In this document: piece by piece, positions 30,101-38,845 of the stretch | Layout: each line of letters starts with the position of its first letter | Numbering within the stretch: position 1 is the stretch's first letter | Assembly: GCA_051382335.1 (NCBI GenBank) | Contig: JBBCAX010000087.1 | Coordinates: 1-64,000 of the forward strand | Length of the DNA: 64,000 bases | Origin: Deltaproteobacteria bacterium TL4 | GTDB lineage: Bacteria; SAR324; NAC60-12 | Direction of reading: 5' to 3' | The notes under the pieces: generated by a model | What the model was told of the DNA's origin: nothing | Databases searched by the model: none | What the model saw: the letters and a program-made list of their open reading frames with translations, nothing else | Position numbers and translations under genes: made by a program

Positions 30101-30707
30101 AAGAGATACCACTGTTAAATGTTGGGGAAGAGGACTTTATGGTCAAATCGGAGACGGAAGAAGAGAGTACACTAAAATTCCGCTGACGGTTCGTAATACA
30201 GACGATTCCGCGGATCTATCAGGTGTTGTTTCAATTTCAGGAGGTCTTAATCACACCTGTGCCTTGTTGGCTGACAAAACCGTTCAATGCTGGGGAGATA
30301 GCTACTATGGACAGTTAGGAAACGCAAGTAATGATCCCAATGGCTTTACTACCGCACAACCTGTTTCTGGCTTGACCACTGTGGAAGAAATCTCCGCAGG
30401 AGATCGTCATACTTGCGCGCGTTTGTCCGACAAAACAGTCAAATGTTGGGGCTGGAATACCTCAGGACAGCTTGGCGATAATACCGTGACCAACTCCCCT
30501 ATCCCTGTCGCTGTTAGCGGGATCTCCACCGCCAGTCAGATTTCAGCAGGTTGGGATCATTCCTGTGCATTACTTGAAAATGCCGCGAAACGAACCATTC
30601 AGTGTTGGGGTAGAGGAGATTCCGGACAGTTAGGAAATGGAAAGTCTGGCGTCGAAGTTGATTTTCCAGGCTTATCCAAAATACCTGTTGAGGTGATAGG
30701 ATTTTGA
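27177..30707 (+). CDS. Surface lipoprotein with four beta-sandwich-like repeats (Y-x-[VL]-YW), RCC1 repeats and a coiled-coil insertion
   Basis: Lipobox MMGC. Repeats of the form F[TK]D.D...G.I.I.KA..E...T.YVVYWG. Multiple xAGxxHTCA...CWG.N..GQLG RCC1 blades. Confidence 0.85.
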   Translation: MKFKKLMHIFIAVTLFLMMGCQSASDEEDTKKSSQPAAEEATETVDVATITAGKVEFTDENKELGKLSGTLTVTPASDESLIAGYTVYWGSNATTKLGDAIVSFDKTGAALTHPFVNQAIPASVAYILVFSKSEKGEATSNVFIKIKDVGAPKVKAQGVSFKDIDEDKDQLEGEISIVKAENEDYVTSYVVYWGSNATTKLEKITEIVKTGRDLSHSIVANTPLPTNATRILVFTKNNDDEMAEGISVLINDLNTAINQNTVVDVVIPTVPAVSIDFTDTDLDEGEIAGILTIQKAIDESDLTHYVLYWSEDGKSKLFAEPIATLKKTGNDLTYIVKNDTKIPEKAAYFMVFTRSQAEMLSGIRALFKDIKAPAPITQVVAGYAHTCALSGDGRVRCWGSGNLGRLGNNLLKDSPVPVFVTDIRNAVQLSSDAHNCVLLRSGVINCWGANRTQQLAIDCSDARTTCTTRRTLSEARSEEEDFFQVGRAADATSDTVFDESAGASGDNAEAIMGDPTGDSLGNVLTPYEIYEITNATEVSAGAFHSCSLLKDETVKCWGKNRFGQLGNHDKEVPRHTAAKIAYVDSNAKDGILSDLSYRITQNTMDALKAETDASIAEAKSRVIKEKASYDAAYAAFSVANEEYQKAIAKVSTERNSLEALSDAKFNADAALNQKKAEKLYLEKQLAAGVGGVVQADIDTAANSILVLEGLQAVAQANYDNQNNKVLNAETQADARGADLDTANTAYKQASDAYDASVDALFSRVISDLENIKNQYFATRADFIKAIDPIVQVTYGFNIYEGETIPLSKAHEGYKALIMKHAETSTGGVTITITKADNETDITHYIVYWGSDSVTKLTSYIKFGAEEEIIPLAVIEKSRTNLEHTFYTSGLNTKPIDATHLIVVTSNENGEMETGVAVLLNDTSSSTPPFTTGAMYKDSLIPVEVQDDGLGRPQGVGRLINVIQITTGGEQSCALLRDTTVKCWGRGLYGQIGDGRREYTKIPLTVRNTDDSADLSGVVSISGGLNHTCALLADKTVQCWGDSYYGQLGNASNDPNGFTTAQPVSGLTTVEEISAGDRHTCARLSDKTVKCWGWNTSGQLGDNTVTNSPIPVAVSGISTASQISAGWDHSCALLENAAKRTIQCWGRGDSGQLGNGKSGVEVDFPGLSKIPVEVIGF

Positions 30708-30716
30708 TCTTTTTGC

Positions 30717-30741
30717 ACAGAGCCGGTTTCTCCGGCTCTGT
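30717..30741 (+). terminator. Probable terminator hairpin
   Basis: ACAGAGCCGG / CCGGCTCTGT 10-bp stem just after the stop codon. Confidence 0.6.
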
Positions 30742-30903
30742 CTCCTCTTCGAATCCTCCTTCCTCAAAAAGGTGTACGCCTGAAAAAAATCCCGCCTTCT
30801 AAAATTCTTCTTTACACCTCCCTCTTATTTTGTCAGGTATACATAATGAGGGGCAAAAAATATTCATCAATCCGACTGATTATTATAGATGTCCAGAATT
30901 ATA

Positions 30904-30967
30904 TTGTCTTGGGAGCGAGGGCGTCTCGCCCTCTGGTGAGGGCAAGATGCCCTCGTTCCCAGGACAA
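30904..30967. repeat. REP-like palindrome (TGGGAGCGAGGGCGTCTCGCCCTC family)
   Basis: About 30-bp arms, each with an internal GAGGGC/GCCCTC hairpin. Confidence 0.75.
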
Positions 30968-31002
30968 AACTTTCCTTGAGCACTATATTATAAAGAAACC
31001 CT

Positions 31003-31251
31003 ATGTTTGGAATTGGTTTTTATGAAATATTTATTGGACTTCCGTTATACTTTCTACCTACAATTTTAGGACGGAAGAATAAGAATTTTAAAGGTTTATT
31101 TTTAGTCAATCTACTCTTGGGGTGGACGCTCCTTGGTTGGGGAGTCGCCTTGGTCTGGAGTCTAAAAAAAGGAGATTTATTAACCCAAGAAGCTCAAGAA
31201 ATGAGTGAATTGGAACAACTGAAAAACGAGGTTAATCAGTTACTGAAATAA
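31003..31251 (+). CDS. Superinfection immunity (T4 Imm-like) small membrane protein
   Basis: LYFLPTI...K.N...LFLVNLLLGWTLLGWGVALVWS signature. Confidence 0.85.
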   Translation: MFGIGFYEIFIGLPLYFLPTILGRKNKNFKGLFLVNLLLGWTLLGWGVALVWSLKKGDLLTQEAQEMSELEQLKNEVNQLLK

Positions 31252-31255
31252 GCGT

Positions 31256-31696
31256 ATGTATAACTATGAACTAATTATTCAGCGAGCGTGGGAAGATCAG
31301 GGGTTTAAGTCCCGATTGATCAGTAATCCCAAAGCTGTGTTTGCACAAATGGGAGAGCACATCCGAGAAGAAATCACGATTGAAATTCATGATGATTCTA
31401 TGGATACGACGCACTTTGTTCTGCTAGACCAGGTTCAAGCCAGGGCATTGCAATTGGATACGCCTTCTCAAATGGGAAGAATTGTTCAACGTGCTTATGA
31501 AGATCCCGAGTATAAAGCACGTCTGCTACGGGACGCGAAAGCTGCCGTAAAAGAAGTGATAGATTTTGATATTCCGGCAAATATTATTGTCCACGCAAAT
31601 ACCTCTAATCATATCCATCTAGTCCTTCCCATCAATCCAAATAGCTTAGGCGCATTCTTTGTTCCACTCACTTGGCCCGTTGTTGACAGGAAATAG
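31256..31696 (+). CDS. NHLP (nitrile hydratase leader peptide)-like protein with two tandem leader domains
   Basis: IIQRAWEDQGFKSRLISNPKA...HFVL and IVQRAYEDPEYKARLLRDAKA...HLVLP. Confidence 0.8.
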   Translation: MYNYELIIQRAWEDQGFKSRLISNPKAVFAQMGEHIREEITIEIHDDSMDTTHFVLLDQVQARALQLDTPSQMGRIVQRAYEDPEYKARLLRDAKAAVKEVIDFDIPANIIVHANTSNHIHLVLPINPNSLGAFFVPLTWPVVDRK

Positions 31697-31751
31697 CGTC
31701 ATCGTAAAAACCAGTCACGCCTATCACAGCAAGTGACCGTGCCCCTCAAGA

Positions 31752-32825
31752 TCATTCCTGAATCATCCGGATTCCGTCATATTGAACCAGATCTTTCTGG
31801 AAGGACAGGGGCAATGATCCTTTAACCGGGTAACTTTGTAAAACCATATTAGGAACTTGTTCCGGGTCAAGTGTCCCCTCACAAAGCACACTTCCTTTCC
31901 AATAAACCACAGTTACCAAACCTTGCACCTTTAAACAATGGTTACCTTTGATCTGGACATATCCCTGGATTTGGAGACTTGAGGCTGCCCACAGAATACC
32001 TTGCAACACCAGAGTCTCCCCAATAGTGGCAAATAAGAGGGGTTCTTCTTTTGAAAATGACTTTGCCGAGTCCTCTCCTTCAATAGTTAAATTTTGCGTC
32101 GTCTGAATGGTAACACTTGTTGGAACACTACGACTTTTTCTCAAGGCTAAGGTCGCGTTTCCAAAAACCTTGATACGGCTCGGAGCCAAAATAGGCGTCT
32201 CTTCTTTTTCTCCTTGTCTGATATGTACGCCCGATTCGTTCCATTCCATTGCTGTTTCACCATAAAAGGTATAATCGAAGACCTCTGCCTTCTGAGCCTT
32301 ATCACTGAGGATGATCGCCTTCAAAAAACGCTGACTTAAATTCTGGTCCTCCTGTTCTTCAAATATCAGAAACTCCGGTAAGTGTTTGACCTTTCCCCCT
32401 GCAATAAGCCAGGGAAGATCGGTTAGATTCTGTCTTTTGATTTGATATAACGCGTCAAACCGAACACTTTCCCCCAACAAATCATAGTTCATTTGTACCA
32501 TTAAATGGGTATTATCCATGCCAACGCTAACTTGCCACTCCGGGAAATAACGATCAAACTCTAAGGAATTAAGTGAGATAGAATTGCGAAATTCTTCCAG
32601 GGAATGCTGTGGTAACCAATCTTGGGTCCAAGTCAACACACCCTCCAGTTCCTGATAAATAGAGTGCGTTCGTAACAAGGACTGTATTTGAAAACGGTGC
32701 TGTATTTCCTGCTGATACCAATTTAATATCAAAATACTGATAAACCCCAGGATCATCATCATTGGAATCAAAATCAGTCCATTGTTTGAAAACTTGTATC
32801 TTTTCCTGTGTGCTATAAATAACAT
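31752..32825 (-). CDS. Hypothetical protein with PilX/GspK-like N-terminal hydrophobic segment
   Basis: Basic leader RKRYKFSNNG, then LILIPMMMILGFISILIL. ATG at 32825 preferred (ORF is open to 32900). Confidence 0.45.
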   Translation of the reverse strand: MLFIAHRKRYKFSNNGLILIPMMMILGFISILILNWYQQEIQHRFQIQSLLRTHSIYQELEGVLTWTQDWLPQHSLEEFRNSISLNSLEFDRYFPEWQVSVGMDNTHLMVQMNYDLLGESVRFDALYQIKRQNLTDLPWLIAGGKVKHLPEFLIFEEQEDQNLSQRFLKAIILSDKAQKAEVFDYTFYGETAMEWNESGVHIRQGEKEETPILAPSRIKVFGNATLALRKSRSVPTSVTIQTTQNLTIEGEDSAKSFSKEEPLLFATIGETLVLQGILWAASSLQIQGYVQIKGNHCLKVQGLVTVVYWKGSVLCEGTLDPEQVPNMVLQSYPVKGSLPLSFQKDLVQYDGIRMIQE

Positions 32826-33048
32826 GATCGCAATCAAACTTTGAGTGTCTGTATCAAGTAACCTTCGAATTGAGCTACTATGCAAGCTTGCAAAAACCAT
32901 TTCAAGATATAAGGATAATTATGCTGGAATTTATTCACTCGTGGCTGCTCCGTCAAAACCTCTCTTTAATCATTGCGGCGCCTTTATCAAAAATCCTGCT
33001 CATTTCGGGAAATGTTGACACCAGGCGCTTTATAGAGAAAGGACTACT

Positions 33049-34098
33049 ATGAAAAAACCCTATTCCAAAGAAATTCATAAATTGAGGACATTGGCCCAAA
33101 GCATTCCCAATACACCGATGTTAGCTCGAGCGAAAATTGACACTCTCATTATTTTAAATATGCAGTACGAAAAAATCATGCTGGACCGCAAGCTCTCAAG
33201 ACATCCCTATAAATTGGTTAAAGCGTACCTTAAGGATGCCAAAAATCGGCTCAAAGCGTGGAGTGAGATTGCCTTCATTGAAGCGCCGGGGGCCAAGTCG
33301 GTGTTACCCAAAGAGGTCGAAATGGAAGCTTATCATCAGAAACTGTTTCAGGACTTGTGGATCAGGTTTTCGGATCAAGACTACCAAGATCGCATTTCAA
33401 GATATGTTCATCGTCTCAAAATTAATGGACTTACAGAGGGTTTCCTCAAGGGGATGAAGGTTATTGATTTTGGGTGTGGACACGGGAACTTTGCTCATGC
33501 GTTACTCCGGTGTGGGGCTCATTCTGTCTTTGGAATTGATTTTGGCGAACATTCCATTGAATATGCAATACGGGCTCGCGACCACCTTGGCGTGCCTCCG
33601 CAAAAACTCTCCTTTGCGGTGGGAAGTGTCTATAGTGTCCCTAAACCGAATTCGAGCTTCGAGTTCGCTATCCAAAATGGTGTTTTTCACCATTTGGAGG
33701 ATGAAGATTCAGCCTATAGAGAAGTGTCTCGTGTCCTGAAACCAGGCGGTTTTTTCTGGGTTTATACGGATGGCGCAGGAGGCATCTCACACGATTTGTG
33801 GGATGTTTCAAACCAGATTCTCCGCTCTATACCACATGATTTAATCATTAGGCATCTGGAGTCTCTGAACATCGAAGTTGGTAAGCGTTATCACTTAGGG
33901 GACGGCTTGAACGCCACTTATCGCCATACAACCTATAAACGCCTGACCAAACGATTGTCGTCTTTCGGTTTCGGTAATTTCCGACGGCTTGTAGGGGGGT
34001 TCCCGACAGACTTCGACCACGATGTTATCGCAGCCGACAAGTACGGGCAGGAGAAATTCGGTTCGGGTGATATCCGCTTGCTGGCACAAAAGATCTGA
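33049..34098 (+). CDS. Class I SAM-dependent methyltransferase
   Basis: VIDFGCGHG, GIDFG, GVFHHL and RVLKPGG motifs. Confidence 0.9.
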   Translation: MKKPYSKEIHKLRTLAQSIPNTPMLARAKIDTLIILNMQYEKIMLDRKLSRHPYKLVKAYLKDAKNRLKAWSEIAFIEAPGAKSVLPKEVEMEAYHQKLFQDLWIRFSDQDYQDRISRYVHRLKINGLTEGFLKGMKVIDFGCGHGNFAHALLRCGAHSVFGIDFGEHSIEYAIRARDHLGVPPQKLSFAVGSVYSVPKPNSSFEFAIQNGVFHHLEDEDSAYREVSRVLKPGGFFWVYTDGAGGISHDLWDVSNQILRSIPHDLIIRHLESLNIEVGKRYHLGDGLNATYRHTTYKRLTKRLSSFGFGNFRRLVGGFPTDFDHDVIAADKYGQEKFGSGDIRLLAQKI

Positions 34099-34114
34099 AC
34101 TATTCGTTCTCCAT

Positions 34115-34140
34115 GTCATTCCTGTACAAGCGGGAATGAC
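34115..34140. repeat. Short GTCATTCC...GGAATGAC palindrome (REP or terminator-like) between convergent genes
   Basis: GTCATTCCTGTACAAGCGGGAATGAC. Confidence 0.6.
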
Positions 34141-34198
34141 TCAGTCTGGGAGAAATCATAACGGGTCAGCACGCAGCGGGAAGAAAGCCTGGTATAAA

Positions 34199-34969
34199 TC
34201 ATAACTGGTCAGCAGGCATGCGATCATTCAGAATTAAATCATGTGCTTCCCCATTCGACAGTATGTATCTCAAGGTATTGACATTCACCCAGGATAATTT
34301 GAGATAAGGCAGTGTATCATCCACCGTATCCGGGAGTGTATAAGGTTCGGACTCAGTACGCTTCAAGACATGGATCCGGAACGAATATATACGTTGGTCG
34401 ATACCTTCAGCGTTTGTAACCGTTTTGGAGCTATTGATATGATAGAAAGCAACATGCCGTTTTGCGGGTGTTACCTGAGTTGCGGTTCTTGAGCGAGCAA
34501 AAATAGACTGTAGCTTGCCTTGATAAATTCTAAATATCTTCTGAGTCCCTGTGTTTCTATCCCTGATTTCATAGAACTCATCATCGACTCTCTTAATTTC
34601 CACCCGTTGTGTCGCTGTCGCATCATACAACCCAATGCCCATTTGAGTTTCCTGGTTTGCGTATAAGTAAACCAATCCCTCCAAACCACTGATGTCCATA
34701 ATTTCAAGGATCATCTGATTGGGATCAGAGACTAATAGCTTTTTATCACTGTAAAGTGTGTTGCCCAAACGATTTTCAGGATAAATCTGATACTTGTCTA
34801 ACCACACCACGCCTCGATGTTTGTCATCCATATCAAAAACTTCCTGCGCGTAGCTATTTGAAGTGAGCATTATGATAAAAATTACAAGAAACCATCTCCC
34901 TTTCTTTGAAATTGTTATCCACATATCTTCGTCCTTTTTACCTATTGTGGTCAAAAAATTTTTTAGCAT
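34199..34969 (-). CDS. Hypothetical exported protein
   Basis: Long ORF with a signal-peptide-like segment (WFLVIFIIMLTSNSYA). The start may be ATG at 34924. Confidence 0.55.
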   Translation of the reverse strand: MLKNFLTTIGKKDEDMWITISKKGRWFLVIFIIMLTSNSYAQEVFDMDDKHRGVVWLDKYQIYPENRLGNTLYSDKKLLVSDPNQMILEIMDISGLEGLVYLYANQETQMGIGLYDATATQRVEIKRVDDEFYEIRDRNTGTQKIFRIYQGKLQSIFARSRTATQVTPAKRHVAFYHINSSKTVTNAEGIDQRIYSFRIHVLKRTESEPYTLPDTVDDTLPYLKLSWVNVNTLRYILSNGEAHDLILNDRMPADQL

Positions 34970-35057
34970 TTCAAGAGAAATCAGTTTTAAATTTAATGCA
35001 AAGCAACCGTTTCCAATAAACGGCAGGTCTTGAATGTCAGCTTTCAGTTCCCTCTTT

Positions 35058-35132
35058 CACAAAGCCTCTTTGACTCCCTGAGGCCTCACACCTTCGGTCA
35101 ATCGTACTTCTTCGACAACGAGTCCCTCTGTG
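35058..35132 (-). promoter_or_regulatory. Candidate glycine-riboswitch-like structured leader (degenerate, single aptamer)
   Basis: Minus strand: CACAGAG / CTTTGTG closing stem, TCGT / ACGA stem, and a CCGAAG...TCAGG core. Confidence 0.35.
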
Positions 35133-35280
35133 GAATTGATTTGAAAACGTCCTATCTATCGGATATGGTATATTTGTCTTATAGTCGTGGTTTTTCAAGG
35201 CAAATCGTACATAATTCCAAGCAAGTAAGTCGTTTTACCCAATTCTATGTTCACTCTATCCTAATAAAACTATATTCTTT

Positions 35281-36453
35281 ATGTTTGATGTCACCTGCGC
35301 CGTCCCCCGAACCGGACGAACATTAATCAATTTTCTGAGCAAATTAAAAAGTCTGGTTGACGAACAAAAAGAAATTGATCAGATTTTGCATGTCTTAAAA
35401 ATAAGCAAGCAACAGAGTAGTCCGGATATTCATCAAGCTTTAGAGGCCTTGAGTCATGCGACACAGCAAGCACCCTCCTGTTTCTCAATCTTTGTAGATC
35501 GTAAACGAGAACAGCGTCCTTATCGTATCGGTTTCTTAAGCTATGAATGGACGGTTGGAGAGGTACACCTGCGAGTCGAGGGAGAAGAACCTCATAACGG
35601 TTCTTCATTGATCAAGTTGGATGAGGTGGACTTTGCGCTTGTCGGACTAGATGAATTGTTGTCCATGACCCAGCATTATCTTCGAAATCCCGAGACTGTC
35701 ACGAAATGGGGAATGTATAATTACCATCTGGAAAAACCAACGGGAATTCGGGTCGCGGGATCGGCAAATCTTACATTCTACAATCATGCGCTACAAAGTG
35801 AGGTCCAAGATATTGTGGGATTTTTTCTGATTTCAAAATCCCAAAGTCGTCGTGCAAACGCAAAAGAACCCTCAAAGTATAAGTATGACCTGGATCATCT
35901 CTCAAAAACAGGACAACGGGTGTTTGTGAAAGGACGTTATACCGGAATTGTCAATGCGGCGTATCCTGGTTTGAAAATTATTTCCGTAGAGGATGTAGAA
36001 GACGCTATATTACTCGCAGAAAAGGGAAGCATCGGGATTGAAATCGTACAGTCGGGCAACACTGTCAAAGAAAAAGAGCTTTTCATTCATGGCGCGCCTC
36101 TCTTCCTATCCGAAAGCTTGTATGTTGTGGATTATGATCGTTATTCAAAAAATGAAAAATTAAGACAATTGATCAAAACGCTCTGTCCTGTTGGATATTT
36201 TGAAGAGCAACGGATACAACAATTTGCCCAATGGTACCACGCACTTGAAAACAACCTTGGAGATCATTGGATCGATAAACCCAGCATTGAAACGCTCTTT
36301 TGTGAACCGAAGGATGTTGAAAATGGTCTACGTCCATATCGCTTAAAAACACGATATTGGAAACCCGATGACCAATATCGTCAAGATGTCGCCTTGGAAT
36401 TGGTCCGCGATGCAAAACAAAGGGTTAAACAATACTACAATGCATTAAAGTAA
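35281..36453 (+). CDS. Divergent ATP phosphoribosyltransferase (HisG)-like protein
   Basis: Colinear HisG-like motifs AVPRTGR, VDFALVGLDELL, EDVEDA, IEIVQSGNTVKEKEL and LFLSES. Confidence 0.6.
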   Translation: MFDVTCAVPRTGRTLINFLSKLKSLVDEQKEIDQILHVLKISKQQSSPDIHQALEALSHATQQAPSCFSIFVDRKREQRPYRIGFLSYEWTVGEVHLRVEGEEPHNGSSLIKLDEVDFALVGLDELLSMTQHYLRNPETVTKWGMYNYHLEKPTGIRVAGSANLTFYNHALQSEVQDIVGFFLISKSQSRRANAKEPSKYKYDLDHLSKTGQRVFVKGRYTGIVNAAYPGLKIISVEDVEDAILLAEKGSIGIEIVQSGNTVKEKELFIHGAPLFLSESLYVVDYDRYSKNEKLRQLIKTLCPVGYFEEQRIQQFAQWYHALENNLGDHWIDKPSIETLFCEPKDVENGLRPYRLKTRYWKPDDQYRQDVALELVRDAKQRVKQYYNALK

Positions 36454-36583
36454 TTTGTGGGGTTTATTCCATCACTTGAATACGAAGAGTCACTATTTGA
36501 ATTCACATCGTTATTATCCAGGGAGTGAGTTTTTGAGGCCGGATCGCTGAAAATTAATAACGCTTGCGTCAATCAGAGGAAAC

Positions 36584-38200
36584 ATGAAAAATCAATGGAA
36601 ATGGAGGGGAATTTTAGGCTGCATTGGGTTTTGTCTTCTCTCAACTTCAACTCATGGAGCAAAGCTGATTGATACTGAAATCCTTGCAGGAAAGATCGCA
36701 TCCTCCATTCAGAGAATTGGTCCACAATTTACAACCCTGGCTATCTCAAGAATTAAAAGTCAAAGTAGTGCCGTAAGTTTAAATATCAATGAATTAATCG
36801 ACTATACCAATGTTAAAATAGTACGATTGAACTCCCGTCGATTTAAAGTCACCGACCGTTCCAAGCTCCAGTTACTGTTAAAAGAACAACGTATCCAACT
36901 TTCTGAAATTGTTTCACCTAATGAGTATAAAGAACTGGGAAAAATCCTGGGTGTTCAAGTCTTTGTTTACGGAACCCAATATGATGACGCCTTGATTCTC
37001 AAAGCCATTGACGTTCAAACGTCGGCCATTATCTGGGCGGAAGTCTTTCCTCTTGTGGACAAGAGTGAAAAATATCTGATGCTGACCGATTTGAATGTGA
37101 ATTTGATTCAATCCTTGACACGGGATCTTGCTCGCATTAAAGATGAACAAATTCAGCGTATTAGTTTTTGGAATATTGAAACCCCCAACCAATTTTCATC
37201 AGAAGAAGTGATTGATTATCTGACCGTGATTTTTTCAAAAGAGCAGGGACTGTATGTTATTGATCGTGAAAATCTCCAGCAGATTTTTAAAGAACAAAAG
37301 TTGAATCAAGCCGTATTTATTGATGAAAGCGAAGCACGTCGTTTGGGAGAACTTTACGGTGTTGATGCTTTTTTATATGGAAGTATTAGTGTAAAACCCG
37401 ACAACGCCTATGTCGCCTCGCTTAAAATGATGAGTATCTTCTCCGGAGTGATTTTATGGGCCGATCTCATCAAGTTTTCTGTACCTCAGGATGCTCAAAT
37501 GCAGAATCCTTTTACTCGAAAAATCCAGCAAAGGTTAAAGCAAAATAATGTCATTCCCATGGTTGCTGTTGCAGGAGGCACTTTCATCATGGGCAGCAAT
37601 GATCCCATCTATAATTCGGGTCCTGAACAACTGGTCCAAGTTGCGCCTTTTTTGATGGATGCGTATGAAGTGACCAATGAACAGTATTACCAATTTGTAA
37701 AAAATAATAATCATCGAATGCCCAGTACCTGGAAAAACGAAATCTATAGCACAGAGTTAAGCAATCATCCTGTGGTAAAAATTAGTTGGGAGGACGCGAA
37801 ACTGTATTGTCAATTTGTTGACAAACGACTTCCTACCGAGATAGAATGGGAGAGAGCGATACGAGGTACAAAAGGCAGGCATTATCCTTGGAATGGTACC
37901 AGCTATTCCTCTTCTTTTGCCGTAACCAGAGAGTCTGGAGCAACTCAGTCTGTTTCTGTGTTCACCAGAAACAGAGATGTTACGCCTGACCATATTTATC
38001 ATCTGGCAGGAAATGTCCGGGAATTTGTAGCCGATCTTTATAGTTCTTCAGAATCCTCGGCGTCTGTTCAGAATGAAAGAGTCATTCGAGGGAGCTCATG
38101 GGCTTTTGGTGCTTATGAGGCCGTGGGTTTTTATCGGGGGCATACTCGTGTTAATTTAGCCTGGCCGGACGTCGGTTTCAGATGTGCAAAAAGTCGATAA
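36584..38200 (+). CDS. Secreted protein: two CsgG/LpoB-like domains plus FGE-sulfatase (SUMF1) domain
   Basis: Two repeats of [VI][TI]DR..LQ...KEQ...LG...GV..F.YG. FGE motifs GTFIMGS, YEVTN, HPVV, RLPTEIEWE, GNVRE and GFRC. Confidence 0.85.
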   Translation: MKNQWKWRGILGCIGFCLLSTSTHGAKLIDTEILAGKIASSIQRIGPQFTTLAISRIKSQSSAVSLNINELIDYTNVKIVRLNSRRFKVTDRSKLQLLLKEQRIQLSEIVSPNEYKELGKILGVQVFVYGTQYDDALILKAIDVQTSAIIWAEVFPLVDKSEKYLMLTDLNVNLIQSLTRDLARIKDEQIQRISFWNIETPNQFSSEEVIDYLTVIFSKEQGLYVIDRENLQQIFKEQKLNQAVFIDESEARRLGELYGVDAFLYGSISVKPDNAYVASLKMMSIFSGVILWADLIKFSVPQDAQMQNPFTRKIQQRLKQNNVIPMVAVAGGTFIMGSNDPIYNSGPEQLVQVAPFLMDAYEVTNEQYYQFVKNNNHRMPSTWKNEIYSTELSNHPVVKISWEDAKLYCQFVDKRLPTEIEWERAIRGTKGRHYPWNGTSYSSSFAVTRESGATQSVSVFTRNRDVTPDHIYHLAGNVREFVADLYSSSESSASVQNERVIRGSSWAFGAYEAVGFYRGHTRVNLAWPDVGFRCAKSR

Positions 38201-38239
38201 CTTGAGGATTTCCTTTTTAAATTTTAATAAAACAAGCCT

Positions 38240-38827
38240 ATGAATTTTCTGTTCATCTTCGGAAGTATTTTGCTTTTTGGAAATACGATTACTCCTGATA
38301 TTCAAAGCAATACGATGAGTGGTTCCTTTGAGTATTACGAGTTGAAAGATGAAATTACTATTGAGAAACAGCATCAAACTGTTGCGAGATTTGCCCCTTC
38401 AGGGGCTTCAGGCATCGGCCTCACATTGTATACTCATCACAGGGTTTGGAAATCCTGGAGACACTTGTTAACTCTCAGACATTATCAGTCGAGAGATTTT
38501 TCCCTGGATCTTTATACGACCGGAATAGATTATGTGGAGCAATTGCCCGGTCTTCCCATAACCTATGCCCTCGGTGCTGAAATTGGAAAAGGGGAATTCA
38601 AAATTAAAGCTTTGGAAAATTATGGAGTGTTTAAAGAAACGTTAGGGAAAGAAGTGCATCTTGACGTCAGTCATTATTTCATTTTATTTGAGAACTTGGG
38701 GCATGTTTTTATTCGTCCAGCATACCGGTATCATGAATTTATATTTGACGGCAAAACCGGAGTCACTAACCAGACGATTAATGGAGACGGTATCGCCTTA
38801 TCAACGGGGATAGGATTTCGTTTTTGA
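38240..38827 (+). CDS. Putative outer-membrane beta-barrel protein
   Basis: Alternating beta-strand pattern and C-terminal GIGFRF (BAM-type terminal Phe). Confidence 0.6.
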   Translation: MNFLFIFGSILLFGNTITPDIQSNTMSGSFEYYELKDEITIEKQHQTVARFAPSGASGIGLTLYTHHRVWKSWRHLLTLRHYQSRDFSLDLYTTGIDYVEQLPGLPITYALGAEIGKGEFKIKALENYGVFKETLGKEVHLDVSHYFILFENLGHVFIRPAYRYHEFIFDGKTGVTNQTINGDGIALSTGIGFRF

Positions 38828-38845
38828 TGATTAATAAGGTAGTTT

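Noticed and set aside
35030..35326. 98-aa plus-strand ORF
   Set aside because: TTG start, overlap with the HisG-like gene and no protein features; better explained as divergent promoter and leader sequence.
37540..38200. FGE/C-lectin domain as a diversity-generating retroelement target
   Set aside because: No template-repeat copy of its 3' end and no DGR reverse transcriptase were seen in the window; the only RT relic is of group II intron type.
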